The notes: generated from the letters alone by a model not told the origin. 64,000 nucleotides of DNA from Octopus vulgaris (GCA_951406725.2 OX597817.1:76756001-76820000); one strand, 5' to 3'; counted from the stretch's first letter, positions 1-13,796 are shown. Program-made: numbers and translations.

Positions 1-225
1 TATACTTATGTGTGTGTGCGTGATTGTGTATGTATGTGCATGTATGTATGCATTTATAGTTTATGTATTATGTATGTATGTATGCATGTATGTATGTATA
101 CTTATGCATATATCTTCATGAGTTTATACACTCGAAATTGATCAATGCTGAAGCAGACAAAAGTAGTCTCCTCGAAACTGTAGAGTAACAATATTTGATT
201 ACAGCAATAGCAGCAGCAGCCATAA

Positions 226-303
<78 letters not shown>

Positions 304-456
304 CAGCAGCAGCAGTTAGATTTCAGCACTATCAGTGGCATTAGAAGAAACCGAATAGATTGCCCTCTTGAATCAAATATCATTAACAGTTTGTAAGCTT
401 CAACCTGACTTACCTACATACCTTTTCAGTTGTATCTACGTAAGCTATTGGCTCCG

Positions 457-709
457 TTTGTGTTCTTGAGCAAGACGCTTTATTTCACGTTGCTCCAGTT
501 CACTCAGCTGTAGAAATGAGTTGCGACGTCACAGGTGCCAAGCTGTATCGACCTTTGTCTTTCCCTTGGATAACACTGGTGGCGTGGAGAGGGGAGGCCG
601 GTATGCATGGGCAACTACTGGTCTTCCATAAAAACAACCTTGCCCAGACTTGTGCCTCAGACGGTAACTCTCTAGGTGCAAACCCATGGTCACTCATGAC
701 CGAAGGGGG

Positions 710-712
<3 letters not shown>
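457..712 (+). mobile_element. 5'-truncated tRNA-derived SINE, family C
   Basis: Near-identical to the body and tail of the full copy at 13797-14117 (cttgagcaagac..ctttatttcacgttgctccagttcactcagctg...gaaggggg); ends in (TA)n. Confidence 0.85.
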
Positions 713-766
<54 letters not shown>

Positions 767-767
767 G

Positions 768-831
<64 letters not shown>

Positions 832-834
<3 letters not shown>

Positions 835-1020
835 GGAAAGTTTAAAAACAAAAATAAACGAAATAAACAAAAGACGAAGGCAGATGGTGTACAAACAAAC
901 AGATGTATCAGTAAAGCGCTCACGAATAGAAAAAGCTTTTTACGTTTCGAGCCTACACTCTTCTGCAGAAAGGTACACAGGAAAGACAAGGAGAGAAAAA
1001 AAATGTGTGTAGTTGCTAAC
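832..1020 (-). mobile_element. Short non-autonomous repeat with variant hammerhead-like motif
   Basis: Homologous to 34990-35170. Minus strand 971-937 reads ttt-CTGCAGA-agag tgtagg ctc-GAAA-cgta-aaa. Abuts (TA)n. Confidence 0.6.
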
Positions 1021-1322
1021 GATCTATTTGTCCTTACCTTTGAAACGCGGAGTAGACGAAACAGGGACAAGTGAAGAAGGGAAATATTCTGTGTGTTGTA
1101 TGTCTTGTACTCTGTTTTTTCGTTGTTTGAAAAAAAGTTCGTTTCCATGTTTTTGTTTTTATGTTTTCGTTTCTTATTGTGTTCAACGTTTTTTGGTGTC
1201 GTGTACCCATATATGCATGTATATAGACATACAGATGTAGTTATGTACATATATGTATGTATATATGCATATATTTATATATCATTTATATTATATATAT
1301 ACACACACACACACACATATAT

Positions 1323-1386
<64 letters not shown>

Positions 1387-1410
1387 CTTTACATACATAC
1401 ATTCAGACAG

Positions 1411-1477
<67 letters not shown>

Positions 1478-1485
1478 TATACATA

Positions 1486-1813
1486 ATTGTCACTAATTGT
1501 AACTGAAGGTGCCTGGTATCAACTAAATTGTTAGAAACAAGACCCCAAAATACTTATAGGCGCAAGAAAGCTCGTTTTCGTATATTGACAGGGGAGATAA
1601 CCGCTCCACAGCGACACTAGATCACTATACTAGACTAATCTCGTCTGAAAGCGCATTTTCATTTACTGAGAGGGGAGATACCGCCCCACTGCGAAGATAT
1701 ATCACTATACTAAAGTATCTTCGCCTGAAAATTACAGGGTCATCAATTGTTACTACTGTAGCTTATAGCAGTATAGGTACTACCCGGCACCCTCAGTTAA
1801 AATTAGTGACAAT
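1486..1813. mobile_element. MITE-like or fold-back element with 33-bp inverted ends
   Basis: 1486-1518 attgtcactaattgtaactgaaggtgcctggta vs reverse complement of 1781-1813, 30/33 identical. Internal ~80-bp direct duplication (ggggagata...ctgaaa at ~1591 and ~1672). Confidence 0.6.
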
Positions 1814-2499
1814 CGATTTTTCCCTTTTTGTTTTTATATTGCTTCGTTATTTTACAGTTTTCACATTAGCATATTATTGAATCAGCCATTGATTCATATG
1901 GTAAATACTATATGCTGACAGTCAGGATTTAACCAAATTATTCAGCGATGGGGTAAACATCAACGATAAGCATATTTACGTTCGAATCTAACAGATCATA
2001 TTAGGAATGAATTGATATGTTATTGTAAAATGAGTAATAATTTCTATTGTTTCCCGTAAAAGTGCCCATTAAAGGAATATTGCAAAGACAAATTTTAATG
2101 TTCGTGGGTGATTTGCAGAAGAGATTAATTAAAAGATATAAGTGTGGAAAATACTGCTATTCAAAAAGGCGGAAATACACTGTTCAAACAGTGATGCTAG
2201 CTCATAGGACCAATCAAGGAACCCGGATACAACCGGGATTATTGTAACAATGAAGGAAGTAATAATATAAGTGAATGCGTACAAGGGGAGATGAAGGAAA
2301 ATAGTAATAATGTTGACGATGATGATAATGATGATGGAGAGGAGGAGGAGAAGTAGGAGGAACAGGAGGAAGGAAGATGATGTAAATGATGATAGCAATG
2401 GTGATGGCGGTGGTGCTGTAGATGCGATTTTCAATGTAAGAACGGCATGGCACTTACCATATCAGCAGTGCAGTGCTAACAGCAGCAACAACATCCGTA

Positions 2500-2614
<115 letters not shown>

Positions 2615-2615
2615 A

Positions 2616-2700
<85 letters not shown>

Positions 2701-3683
2701 TTCTCCAATGAACTCTGGTGAACTCCTTACAAAGTAAAATGTAATGAAAGTTGGTTGGTGAATGCAATCGAAAATTCCCCCTTAATCGATTGTGTGACGT
2801 CGTGGAGATCGATGTCAAGACGACCAGCTCTTCACAACTTACTAATTACGGTTCTAAATCTCACATTCAATCTTTGTGATGAAATAGTTCAATCTGGCAA
2901 AATATCGGTTTCACAGTCTACATTTTCTTGACACTTTCCACTATATGTGGTACTCACACGATGAAATACAACCTAATACAAAAATGGAATAGGGAGCACA
3001 GCAGGAGACACGTGGGATAGATATAGTGCGTGCATTCAATCGGCAAACGATGACCATCATTTTTCAATTATATGTGGTACTCAGACATTGAAATACAGCC
3101 TAATACAAAAATAACACTGATTTTCATATTTTCAGAAAGTATGACAGAGAAATAGGCATCACACACCTACAGCTGCTAAAAAGGTTAATAAAAACAAATA
3201 GGGTGCAAATATTTCAAGCTCAGTATCATATATATCTATACAAAAATGACAAATCACGTCAATCTTTAATCATAAGAGGCACACCTTTATAAATTACTGT
3301 TATGTTTATTAACACAGATATAACTATCAATATACATATATATTTCTTGCAACTGCATATTTCATGCACGGCATTATAAATCGTTCATATTATGGTTGAC
3401 CGCAGTAGATATATTTAACTGCAAAAGTGCGGAGATTTGCAAAGAACCATTTTTTAAAATTGATTAAAGCAAGTATGACAATCAATACACATTTATATTA
3501 CATGAATTCACCCAAGAAACCATTAAAATTTACATGGTTTCTACAAAGAATTATTTGTTCAATCTTAAAGAATATTGCATTCGTTTAAAAGTACTTTAAG
3601 GAAATTATATAAACCATAAGAGATAAAAGAAATGCATGGGTATATATATGAAAGACATTATTATTATTATTATTATTATTATT

Positions 3684-4232
3684 GAGTGAGAGAGCAGTTC
3701 ATGCCATCAAAGTGACACTGGGGTAAAATATACGAAGCCCAATATACCCATCATGACTACCCGTCTGATAAAGGTACACCAGGCACATGCATCACAACCA
3801 TATGTGCGCGACATGGTGATCGCATATCAAGATAAACAGCACATGACCTTGCAGGTGGGGCCCAGTTAGAATTTTCTTCGGGTTGAGTAGCCCATCCCGC
3901 TCAAACGGTCCCTGAATAAGGGTTGTTTAAGGATGTTGAAAGAACCACCCATGTTTCCAGAGGTGAACTATTCAAACCCCAAAGAATCCCTCTCAACACA
4001 TGGCTATGATGCTCCCCCACTACTTCTGCTCGTGATCAGAGATGCACATATCGTCAGCCACTAAGGGACATGCTCAACTGGTTAAGGTCAAACAACTGAC
4101 AAGCAAATCTGTGGTATTGAGCAGAATATTTGCTGTAGCCCATCTTTTATACCAAGACAAAACAATGTACATGATAACACTTCCAATCAGTTAAGATCAG
4201 AAGCCATGAGAGCCACTGCCTGGTACTGCATC
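3684..4232 (-). mobile_element. Non-coding 3' region of a (TAA)n-associated non-LTR retroelement
   Basis: Same sequence recurs at 20983-21191, 24936-25047 (opposite strand) and 40884-41127. All copies share one end (ctctc..tcaataat) next to (TAA)n-like repeats and are truncated variably at the other end. Confidence 0.75.
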
Positions 4233-4262
4233 TTATTATCATACTACTACTATAATTATTAA

Positions 4263-4329
<67 letters not shown>

Positions 4330-4354
4330 TTCATTGTTATTGTTGTTGTTATTT

Positions 4355-4515
4355 AAAGTGGTGAAGTGGCAGAATTGTTAGTACGCCAGGTAAAATGCTT
4401 AGCGGTATTTCATCCGTCATTACGTTCTGAGTTCAAATTTCGCCGAGGTCGACTTTGTCTTTCATCCTTTCGAAGTCGATAAATTAAATACCAGTGAAAC
4501 ACTGGGGTCGATAAA
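4355..4515 (+). mobile_element. tRNA-derived SINE, family A
   Basis: A box tggcagaattg, B box gagttcaaatt, core ttcatcctttcgaagtcgataaattaaatacc; matches 57260-57494. Confidence 0.85.
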
Positions 4516-4519
4516 ATCT

Positions 4520-4860
4520 TCCGTACTTCGTTCTCCACTATTTATTTGGCTATAAATCTCCTCTGGTCTGTCTCAAATAATTTATTCTGTTGATACTTAT
4601 CTATTCTTTTCTGATATCTGAAGAGCTTGCCCGCTATTGCTATGATAAGCTGTTTCAACTCTTCTATTATTGTCCCAAATCCTTTCTCTTTGACTAAGTA
4701 TCTTTCCTTGCGGCAAGATTTGCATCTTGTGTTTCCTAACTTGTTCAGTTTCCTGGTTTCTTTTCTACTCAGATCTGTAGTCTCCTTTTCCACATGGGCT
4801 CTTTTTAATTTTTCCCTGTGAGATTTCTAATCTTCTGGTGACTACTACCCCTGCTGTCAT
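4520..4860 (-). pseudogene. R4/Dong-clade non-LTR retrotransposon ORF fragment (pre-RT region)
   Basis: ORF 4542-4793 reads IIEELKQLIIAIAGKLFRYQKRIDKYQQNKLFETDQRRF, matching the recalled R4/Dong pattern EELKQ..A...K..RY..R...Y.QN.LF...Q.RF. Confidence 0.7.
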
Positions 4861-7107
4861 AGAACAATAAGTTAGTGTATTCTATATTTTAATATCTAGG
4901 CGTAGGAGTGACGGTGTGGTAAGTAGCTTGCTTACGCGCATGCGTGTTTGTTAGTTGCTTATCGGATTGAACACTGTCAACACGTGCGTTGGTGGCCGTC
5001 TTGAATCGAACAACTGTTGAAGAGGCGCAACTGCAAGATAGGCACTTGTTGTTTTAAGGGACTTATTGGGGGAGTTTTTTGTATGACATTGTTTTTCCTT
5101 TTTCGCAAAGAATGTCAAAAAATAAAAAGCACTGTCTTGGAGTGGGAAATATAGATTTCTTTTTACTGGGACACAAATCGAAATTTGTAGTGGGGTTGGT
5201 TATACAGTAATTAAACCAATTCTAGTTATTGGTCGTAATTTTATAGAACCTGGAGTAGATGAAGACTAAGTCAACATCAACGTTGCTGGAACTGAAATGC
5301 GAGTCAAGAATAGATTGACAAAGAAAGTTCACAATCATATTTTCGAACTTATTAAAATATACATATATATTAATAAAATAATGCCGCACAAAATAGCGCT
5401 AAATAAAATATATTCGTATAAAGTCATAAGTAACACATTTGTGTCATTCGCTCATGAGACGACCTTCCGCTGCGGAAATGGTCCTGGGAGAAAATTCTCC
5501 TCCTACAGATGTCATTCGATCGTATGACGCTTACGTTTCAGTGTTCTTTCATGTCGTCAACAATATATATAAAATCTGTCATTCACAGGCCGACAAGTAT
5601 ACCGAAAAATAATATCATGAGGAAACGTGGAATTAAATGAAATTACTTCAATATAAATTAGATACCAATGGAAACACCCAAAGAAATAAGAATAATCTGT
5701 TTGAATTTGATACTGTTGCGAGTCTCCTGCTGAATTTCGAACCATTACCCCGAGGTTTCCCGACTCAGGACTACGATTTATTATACGGCCATAAAAGGCA
5801 AAGACAATTATAAAAACTTAATTTTTTTTTCATGAAGGGAAATAACCCTTGCGTAACCATACTCGGTCACTCAGATCTCTGGATCCTTCTTGCCGTTGGG
5901 CAGTATAAAAACTGAGATTTTGATATGCCTGATAGGGCGACCTCTGATGCTGTAAGGAATCATGTTACTATGTTCAATGATGGGGGTTCTCACAGTTTTT
6001 ACTTGTTTTATCCCGAACAAGAGGTGTTGGTCAAAGCTATTCCAATCAACATTGTGATGAGGTACTGGTTCTTTCTACTCAGTTGATTCTCAATAATTAT
6101 GAACTATATTTGTATTACTATTTACCATATTATGCAGTGAAAACTCGCACCTACTCCATTCGATATCGCTTGAATTTTGATCAATTTATTCAACTGTTGT
6201 ATATATGTAAATGCAAGTGTTCCAGGTTAATAAAAATGTATAAGAGTTAATGCAACATTAGTGTGGTTATTATGAACACAACACACAACACACCATGTTG
6301 TTATTCATTTATAGCTATTTAACAACCATAATGCCACACTAAAATACTATGGTTTCTATATAATCTAATGCGTGATTTTTGCATTATTGGATGTATTGCA
6401 ATTTGAAAATGGATGCTAAATCATTATTCGGTCGCTGGCTGAATAATGATTTAATGTTGAATATTTTGCACCAACAAACTCGATACTAAAAATATTAGTC
6501 TGCAAACTGTCTAACGTATGACTTACTTCAACTACTTTATTGCAGTCTATTCGGTTATTGCTAAAAGAAAATATAGAAATACTTTTAAAATTAATTTTGA
6601 CGGAGTTTCGGGAGCGCATTACAAAAGAAAGCCGGTTGCCATTCGATTTCCTATAGAGATTGATTAAACAACTTGCGTCAATCGATCTGTGTCTGTATTT
6701 ATAAACAGATCAGTCTTGTAAGTTCCTGCCTATAGAAATAAACCTAAAGTTATAGAGAACAAAGACCTCTTCAATACATTGCTGTTCTCGGAAGTTGTAT
6801 ATTGTGTTAAAAATGGTTTATAATTATTGGCAGATTCATAAATAGTTAAAACAGACACACAAAACGTAAAACAAAGCATTTTTTTGTATTCTTCTCTGCA
6901 CTGGATTCTTCGATATAAAGAGAACTACATTGTAGGACACACTTGGGACGTATATGTCAGAGTATTAGCGAGTTAATCTGATATTAATATTGGTTCAAGA
7001 ACTATCATAAAGAGAAAGACAACAGCAAATATAACAACTGAGGCAACACAAACTAAGAAAGCAACAACAACAATAACAATAACAACAGCAATGACAGTAA
7101 TTAACTA

Positions 7108-7345
7108 TCTTTTATCTTTTGCTTGTTGCAGTAATTTGATTACGGCCATGCTGGAGCACCACTTTGAAGGGTTTTAGTCGAACAAATCGACTCCACAACT
7201 ATTTTTTAAGCGTAATACTTGTTCTATCGGGTCTCCTTTGCCGAACCGATAAGTTACGGGGATGTTAACACATCAACACCGGTTGAAAAATGGTGTGTGG
7301 GAATGACAAATACAAACACAGACCCAAAGACACACACATAGATAT
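7108..7345 (-). mobile_element. 3' half of a family B SINE (5' half at 9766-9928)
   Basis: ggccatgctggagcacc...gccgaaccgataagttacggggatg matches the 3' half of 14433-14870. Confidence 0.8.
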
Positions 7346-7411
7346 ATATACTTACATACATATACATACATAAATATATGTGCACATACATATACATACA
7401 TAAAAACATAC

Positions 7412-7480
<69 letters not shown>

Positions 7481-7521
7481 CGTATACATATATACATACA
7501 TCATACATATATTATACATAC

Positions 7522-7609
<88 letters not shown>

Positions 7610-7751
7610 CAATAAAGATTCAAGTTAATTTAAATGAATTTACTTGAATATGGTACCTAACTTAGATGCACCAAAAAAAACTATACTGATTTAACAATAC
7701 AGTAATGTGGGGTGATTATAAGCGAGAATGAAGCAACAAGAATGGATAGGT

Positions 7752-7842
7752 TTTTAGTACAATCGTTTCATACAAGGACAGGTTTTATTAAAAGTTGCAA
7801 AAATTACAGCATATAAACGTGTCCCGTACTCATCAGCTAAAA
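7752..7842 (-). ncRNA. Type I hammerhead ribozyme motif (mirror of 8617-8707)
   Basis: Reverse complement of 8617-8707. Confidence 0.75.
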
Positions 7843-8616
7843 TACATGTGAGTTCTCTAGACATCCTAGTAGTTGAGGCTATACTCATGAAGTAATGTAG
7901 ATAATTAAGTAACATAAACAGATTTCAAAAGTTCATTAAAGTTCTTTAAAGATGATGTACAGTCTTATCACAGAATTTCAAAAAAAGTCTTAATAGTATC
8001 ACAGAGAAGGTGACCTAATCCATAGTGCACATATGAATTTCCAGAGATATGATGAGGGATTACATACTCACAGAAGACAAATTTATCCATTGTTAATTAC
8101 AACGAGGTGGGTTTCAATTCCTGCTTATTAGCATTACAGAGAGGGTGAATTAATCCTTTGTATAGATGCACAATTTCCAATTGTGTAGGTGTAAATTTCC
8201 AAGGAATTTCATATTCACAGGCGATAAATTTATCAATGGTTGAACACAATGAGGTAGGTATCAATTCTTGCTATATGATTAGGTATTTGCCACATTAATC
8301 ACATTACTGCTATTTACAAGAGGCTGTAGCTATTTAACTTTTAAAGGCTGAAGGGCTTACTAGAGCTGTATAGAATATTTGTCTTCTGTGAGTATGTAAT
8401 CCCTCATCATATCTCTGGAAATTCATATGTGCACTATGGATTAGGTCACCTTCTCTGTGATACTATTAAGACTTTTTTTGAAATTCTGTGATAAGACTGT
8501 ACATCATCTTTAAAGAACTTTAATGAACTTTTGAAATCTGTTTATGTTACTTAATTATCTACATTACTTCATGAGTATAGCCTCAACTACTAGGATGTCT
8601 AGAGAACTCACATGTA

Positions 8617-8707
8617 TTTTAGCTGATGAGTACGGGACACGTTTATATGCTGTAATTTTTGCAACTTTTAATAAAACCTGTCCTTGTATGAAACGATTGT
8701 ACTAAAA
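8617..8707 (+). ncRNA. Type I hammerhead ribozyme motif with long stem II
   Basis: ttttag-CTGATGA-gtacgggaca..tgtccttgtat-GAAA-cgattg-TA-ctaaaa. Stem I is 6 bp, stem II ~10 bp plus an inner helix, near-palindromic stem III, GUA triplet. Confidence 0.8.
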
Positions 8708-8761
8708 ACCTATCCATTCTTGTTGCTTCATTTTCGCGTATATATATATATATATATATAT

Positions 8762-8830
<69 letters not shown>

Positions 8831-8833
<3 letters not shown>

Positions 8834-9714
8834 CCTGCAATAGGTAAATTGTCGCCACTTTGTATTTTTTATTTCGCGCACGCGTCTTGTTTGCTTTTGA
8901 TTTTGTCGACTACACAGTATAGTAGAGTCAGTTGGACACCGTTTGTGCGAAAAACAGCATCATGACGCAATTCACTCTGCCAGGAATTTGGAAACGACAT
9001 GCTGTACTGCTTGGCATTTGCGGCGGGAGCTCTAATACGAACATTTTAGTGTTTGGGTGTCAATCTGAGGAAAGTGCGATATGAGGACAGTGCAGTCTAA
9101 GGGCAATCTGAGTGAAAGAAATCAAACATCCAATGAACATCATGGTGTTTGGAGTGATAATTAGTGATGGCAACGTTATGCCTCTATTCATATTCTCTCA
9201 CGGCCTCAGACTCAACACAGAGCCCTACATCAAGTGCCCGGAGAAGGTGGTGCTGCCCTGGGTCAAGAGGGTGGCTGCTGGAAGTTCCTATGTCTGGCAA
9301 TAAGACTCTGCACCTTGCCACACAAGCACGAGAACCCAGTCATAGCTGTCAGACAATTTCTGCAACCACATCACCCTTAACATCTGGCCACCTAACTCCC
9401 CAAACTGCAACCCCCGTATTATGTGTGGGGCAAAGTTGAACAAGAGCCCAACAAAACTCCTTGTAACACCAAAGATGAACTGAAGGCAAAGATTATAGCA
9501 GCATTCACCAACTTAAACAAAGAGACCGGCCAGAAGAGTTGCAGGAGATTCCGAAGTCATTTGGAGGCCGTGGTTGAAGCCAATGGTGATTTTATTGAAT
9601 AAATTTATTCTTTAGTATTTCAAGATATTTGGGTAAATAATATATCTGTTAAAATGAGACGGGAGTGTTATTTTCATTTTTGGGTAATTTAGACGGCAAT
9701 ATATTCACTGCACC

Positions 9715-9719
<5 letters not shown>
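8831..9719 (+). mobile_element. Internally deleted Tc1/mariner transposon, maT (DD37D)-like
   Basis: Broken frame KHPMNIMVFGVIISDG...YVWQ*DSAPCH...WPPNSPNCNP...HLEAVVEANGDFIE*. Spacing from DSAPCH to the SPxCNP motif fits DD37D. Right end cactgcaccctgTA; left TIR is degenerate. Confidence 0.8.
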
Positions 9720-9765
<46 letters not shown>

Positions 9766-9769
<4 letters not shown>

Positions 9770-9928
9770 GCGGCCTTCTTACAGTTTCCATCTAGCAAAT
9801 CAATCTCACAAAGCTGTGGTCTGCCCGAGGCTATAGTAAAAACTAATTGGCCTAAGTGCCATGCAGTGAGACTGTACCCGGAACTAAGTGGTTGAGAAGC
9901 GAGCTTCTTACCACACAGCCATACCTTA
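9766..9928 (-). mobile_element. 5' half of a family B SINE
   Basis: cttcttacagtttcc...cccggaac...cttaccacacagcca matches 14705-14870. Confidence 0.8.
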
Positions 9929-10424
9929 TGCTTAAAAAAAAATAGGAGGATATACTTTTTACAACATTCTATATTCATGCAATTACGAAGAAATTGACCT
10001 ATATTTATGGAAGCTCTATGGACAAATGCCGTTCAATACCATTGTAGGGATAGTAGCAGGAGTACTATAATCTCAGTCATTTTTTTAAGTGTCGGAGATA
10101 GCAAATACGATGTTAACAACGACACTATATTATAACTATTACTACAGCGACTATTAGCAACGAAAACAACAACAACAGCAGCAGCAGCAGTTGCAGTTGC
10201 TAATTTAGGCACAATATTGAGAGAAGAGGCTAAGTCGATATCATCGATCCACTGCTTGACAGATACATTATTTTATCGACGCCGAGAGGAGGAAAAGCGA
10301 ATTAGACCCCGGCAAGGTTCGAAACCAGAAGAGAAGGAGAAGGAAGGCATTTTGTCTGACGCTCTAGCGCTTATACCAGATCACCGGCTTCACAACGTCA
10401 ACAACAACAATAAGAATAATAATA

Positions 10425-10607
10425 AGCGTGGGAGTAGCTGTGTGGTACGTAGCTTGCTTACCAACCACATGGTTCCGGGTTCAGTCCTACTGCGTGGCAC
10501 CTTGGGAAACTGTCTTCTACTATAGCCTCGGGGTGACCAAAGCTTTGTGAGTAGATTTGGTAGACGGAAACTGAAAGAATCCCGTCTTATATATGTATAT
10601 ATATATG

Positions 10608-10643
<36 letters not shown>

Positions 10644-10857
10644 GGTGTGTGTATGTTTGTGTGTCTGCGTTTGTGCCCCCAACATCGCTTGACAACCGAT
10701 GCTAGTGTGTTTACATCCCTATAAGTTAGCAGTTCGGCAAAAGAGACCGATAGAATAAGTACTAAGCTTACAAAGAATAAGTCCTGGGGTCGATTTGCTC
10801 GACTAAAGGCAGTGCTCCAGTAGGGCCACAGTCAAATGACTGAAACAAGTAAAAGAG

Positions 10858-10860
<3 letters not shown>
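10425..10860 (+). mobile_element. Full-length tRNA-derived SINE, family B (CORE-like; resembles octopus OR SINEs)
   Basis: A box tagctgtgtgg, B box ggttcagtcc, CORE-like ccttggg(c/a)aa, internal (TA)n(TG)n, tail cagtcaaatgactgaaacaagtaaaagag. Confidence 0.9.
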
Positions 10861-11322
<462 letters not shown>

Positions 11323-12619
11323 TTCTATTATAGGCACACTGCTAGAAATTTTGAGGGGAGATTGCAAAAATTTCAGATTTTGATCGCTTCTTTATTTTGT
11401 CGACCCGGAAAGGATGAACGGCAAAGCTGATTGCGGCAGAAATTGAGCCCTTGATGTACAGAACCGGAAAAAAATACCGATGACCATATTGTCTCCTATG
11501 CGCTAACAATTATGTAGGCTAGTTTTGTGGAGTGGGAGTCGATTAAATCAAGTTCATTCATAGAGACCAACCCAACAAACACCGAGATGATATAAGGAAT
11601 GATATCAATGACAATAACAACACTTATAACAGTATTTACGGACGACAATGTTGTTATCGCCATCTTGTTTTTCCTGTTTTTTTTTTCGTTGCAACAGGAA
11701 GCGCAATGAAAAAAAAACACCCCAGCGATTTCGACAACAATAGAAAAAGAAAAAATCCAAAATAATAAATAACAACGAAAATACAAATGACCATGTAAAC
11801 ATTGTCACTATAATCCCAATCAACTACAGTAACAACAACTACAACAACAAATGAAAAAAAAACAGCATCAAAAACAACTATAATAATTGAAACAAAAGTA
11901 AACATAACAACAGCAACAACAATATTAATAATCGTAGTAATACTAATAACAACATAAACTAATATATTTATTCTCTATGCTGGTTTGGCTTACATTGTTT
12001 TCTGTCTTTTTTTTGTCTTTTTTTGTCTTTTGCTGAAGTATCATTTTTGTTTCTTTGACTATTTATGCTTTGCTTTATATTGTTTGTTTGTTTGGTTTTC
12101 GGAATGAAGAAGGCCGGATCTTTATCTATATTCAATATTTTTCCTTTTGTCTGGAAGTAACTTATTAAATCAGACGTGATAGAAATATTGAACAAGGACG
12201 GCTGGTTGAGTACCATTTTAACTATAGATACTATTGGAAGGGCGATCGAGTGTGTTGTTTCTGTTTTGGCGGTCTAGACGACTCCCTGTCTGAAGTGGAG
12301 ACTTAATATGTTTAATGCCAAGCTGATCATGCGGAAGCACTAAAAACTTAATGACTTTTCGATGGCTCATATAAGCAATTGATTGTATCACATTGTGTGA
12401 TCTTTTTCGACTGTCAAACAATGCGAAAAACTTCTATCACATTGTAATCGATATCATATGTAATTTGTTCCTTGCCATCCTTGGGTTCCTGCCACCGCCT
12501 TATCTACACCCTATCCTCCATTAACTTTTCATCTTTTCATTCTCTCTGTTTTTTTTCTTTGTCTGCCTTCCTGTGTCTTCCTAATTTCCCCACTTCTCTC
12601 TGTCTCATATAAATGCATG

Positions 12620-12653
<34 letters not shown>

Positions 12654-13796
12654 TGTACGTATGTATGTATGTATGTATGTACGTATGTATGTATGTATGT
12701 ACTTATTCATACGCACACACATGATTTATCTATCTGTATACAAAGACGCGCAAAATATCTATATCGTAGTTATGCGTAAAACCAATTTTAGAAAGGGGGT
12801 GGATACAGTCGATTGCTTCGAACCCAGTTGTGGGACTTATATTATTGATTCCAATCTTTTCCTCCCGGATGGAGGAAAAGCGAAGTTGAACCTGGTGGGG
12901 ATTGAACTTAGGACCTAAACTAAATAAACTAATACATTTAGTGCGATATTCTACCATGCGTATCAAGTGACTATCCTCATAAATTATCGAAACAATGTTT
13001 GGCTTTTTGTGTGGTTAAACAAAAATCAAATCAATTGATGGCTGACGCAAATCACAAACTAGATTGACCAAACGAAACAATACCAAATTGTGCTGAATAA
13101 AAAAAATATTCAGAAATGATATGCAATGATAATAATTCCGTATAGGCAAACAGAAATCAGGAGAATTGAAAACCAAAACTGAAATTTTTAAAATGTGAGA
13201 AGTAAAATTTCCTGGATGAAATTTTAAACTAGTAAATAAAATAATGTGATATTGTAAATATATTTATAATGAAGTTTTTAGCAAATTATAAAAAATTGTT
13301 TTCTGTTTGTTTGCTTTTGAAATTTTGCTATGAGGCCAGCAATATTTTGGTGAGAGGGATTTGTCGTTTCAACCGAAGCCTGTATTTGGATGGTATTATG
13401 TTTTACCGAACCTAAAAGGATGTAAGGCAAAGTAAATCTCGGACGGTATTTGAACTCAGTACATGTAAAACCAGAACAAATATCGTTAAACATTTTGATC
13501 GACGCGCTAATGATTCTGTAATATCACCTAGTGAAAACAATGGTTTCAACGTTTGGTTCTAGGTCAGTAATTCTGTGGAGCAGGAATCTAGTTGATAACG
13601 TCGGTCCCAGTGTTCAAATTGTACCCGAAAGGAGAAAAGACAGTTTTGAGATTGATGGCATTTGAGTTCAAAACGTGAAGAGCTGGAAAAAATGTCACTA
13701 AGCATTCTGTTCAATACGCTAAAAATCCTACCAAGCTCAGCGATTGGAAATAAGGAAAGTTAAACTGACCTTAATATATTGTTCCTAATTTACTGA

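Larger units (their letters stand above)
7606..8737. mobile_element. PLE-like non-autonomous element with inverted partial duplication
   Basis: 361-bp near-perfect inverted arms 7722-8082 and 8377-8737. The minus-strand copy has ~115 nt of extra 3' tail. Each arm has a hammerhead motif. Flanked by (TA)n and (TA)n(GATA)n. Confidence 0.8.

Noticed and set aside
2942-3110. 42-bp direct repeat at offset 127
   Set aside because: Only two short copies with no further structure; likely a local duplication.
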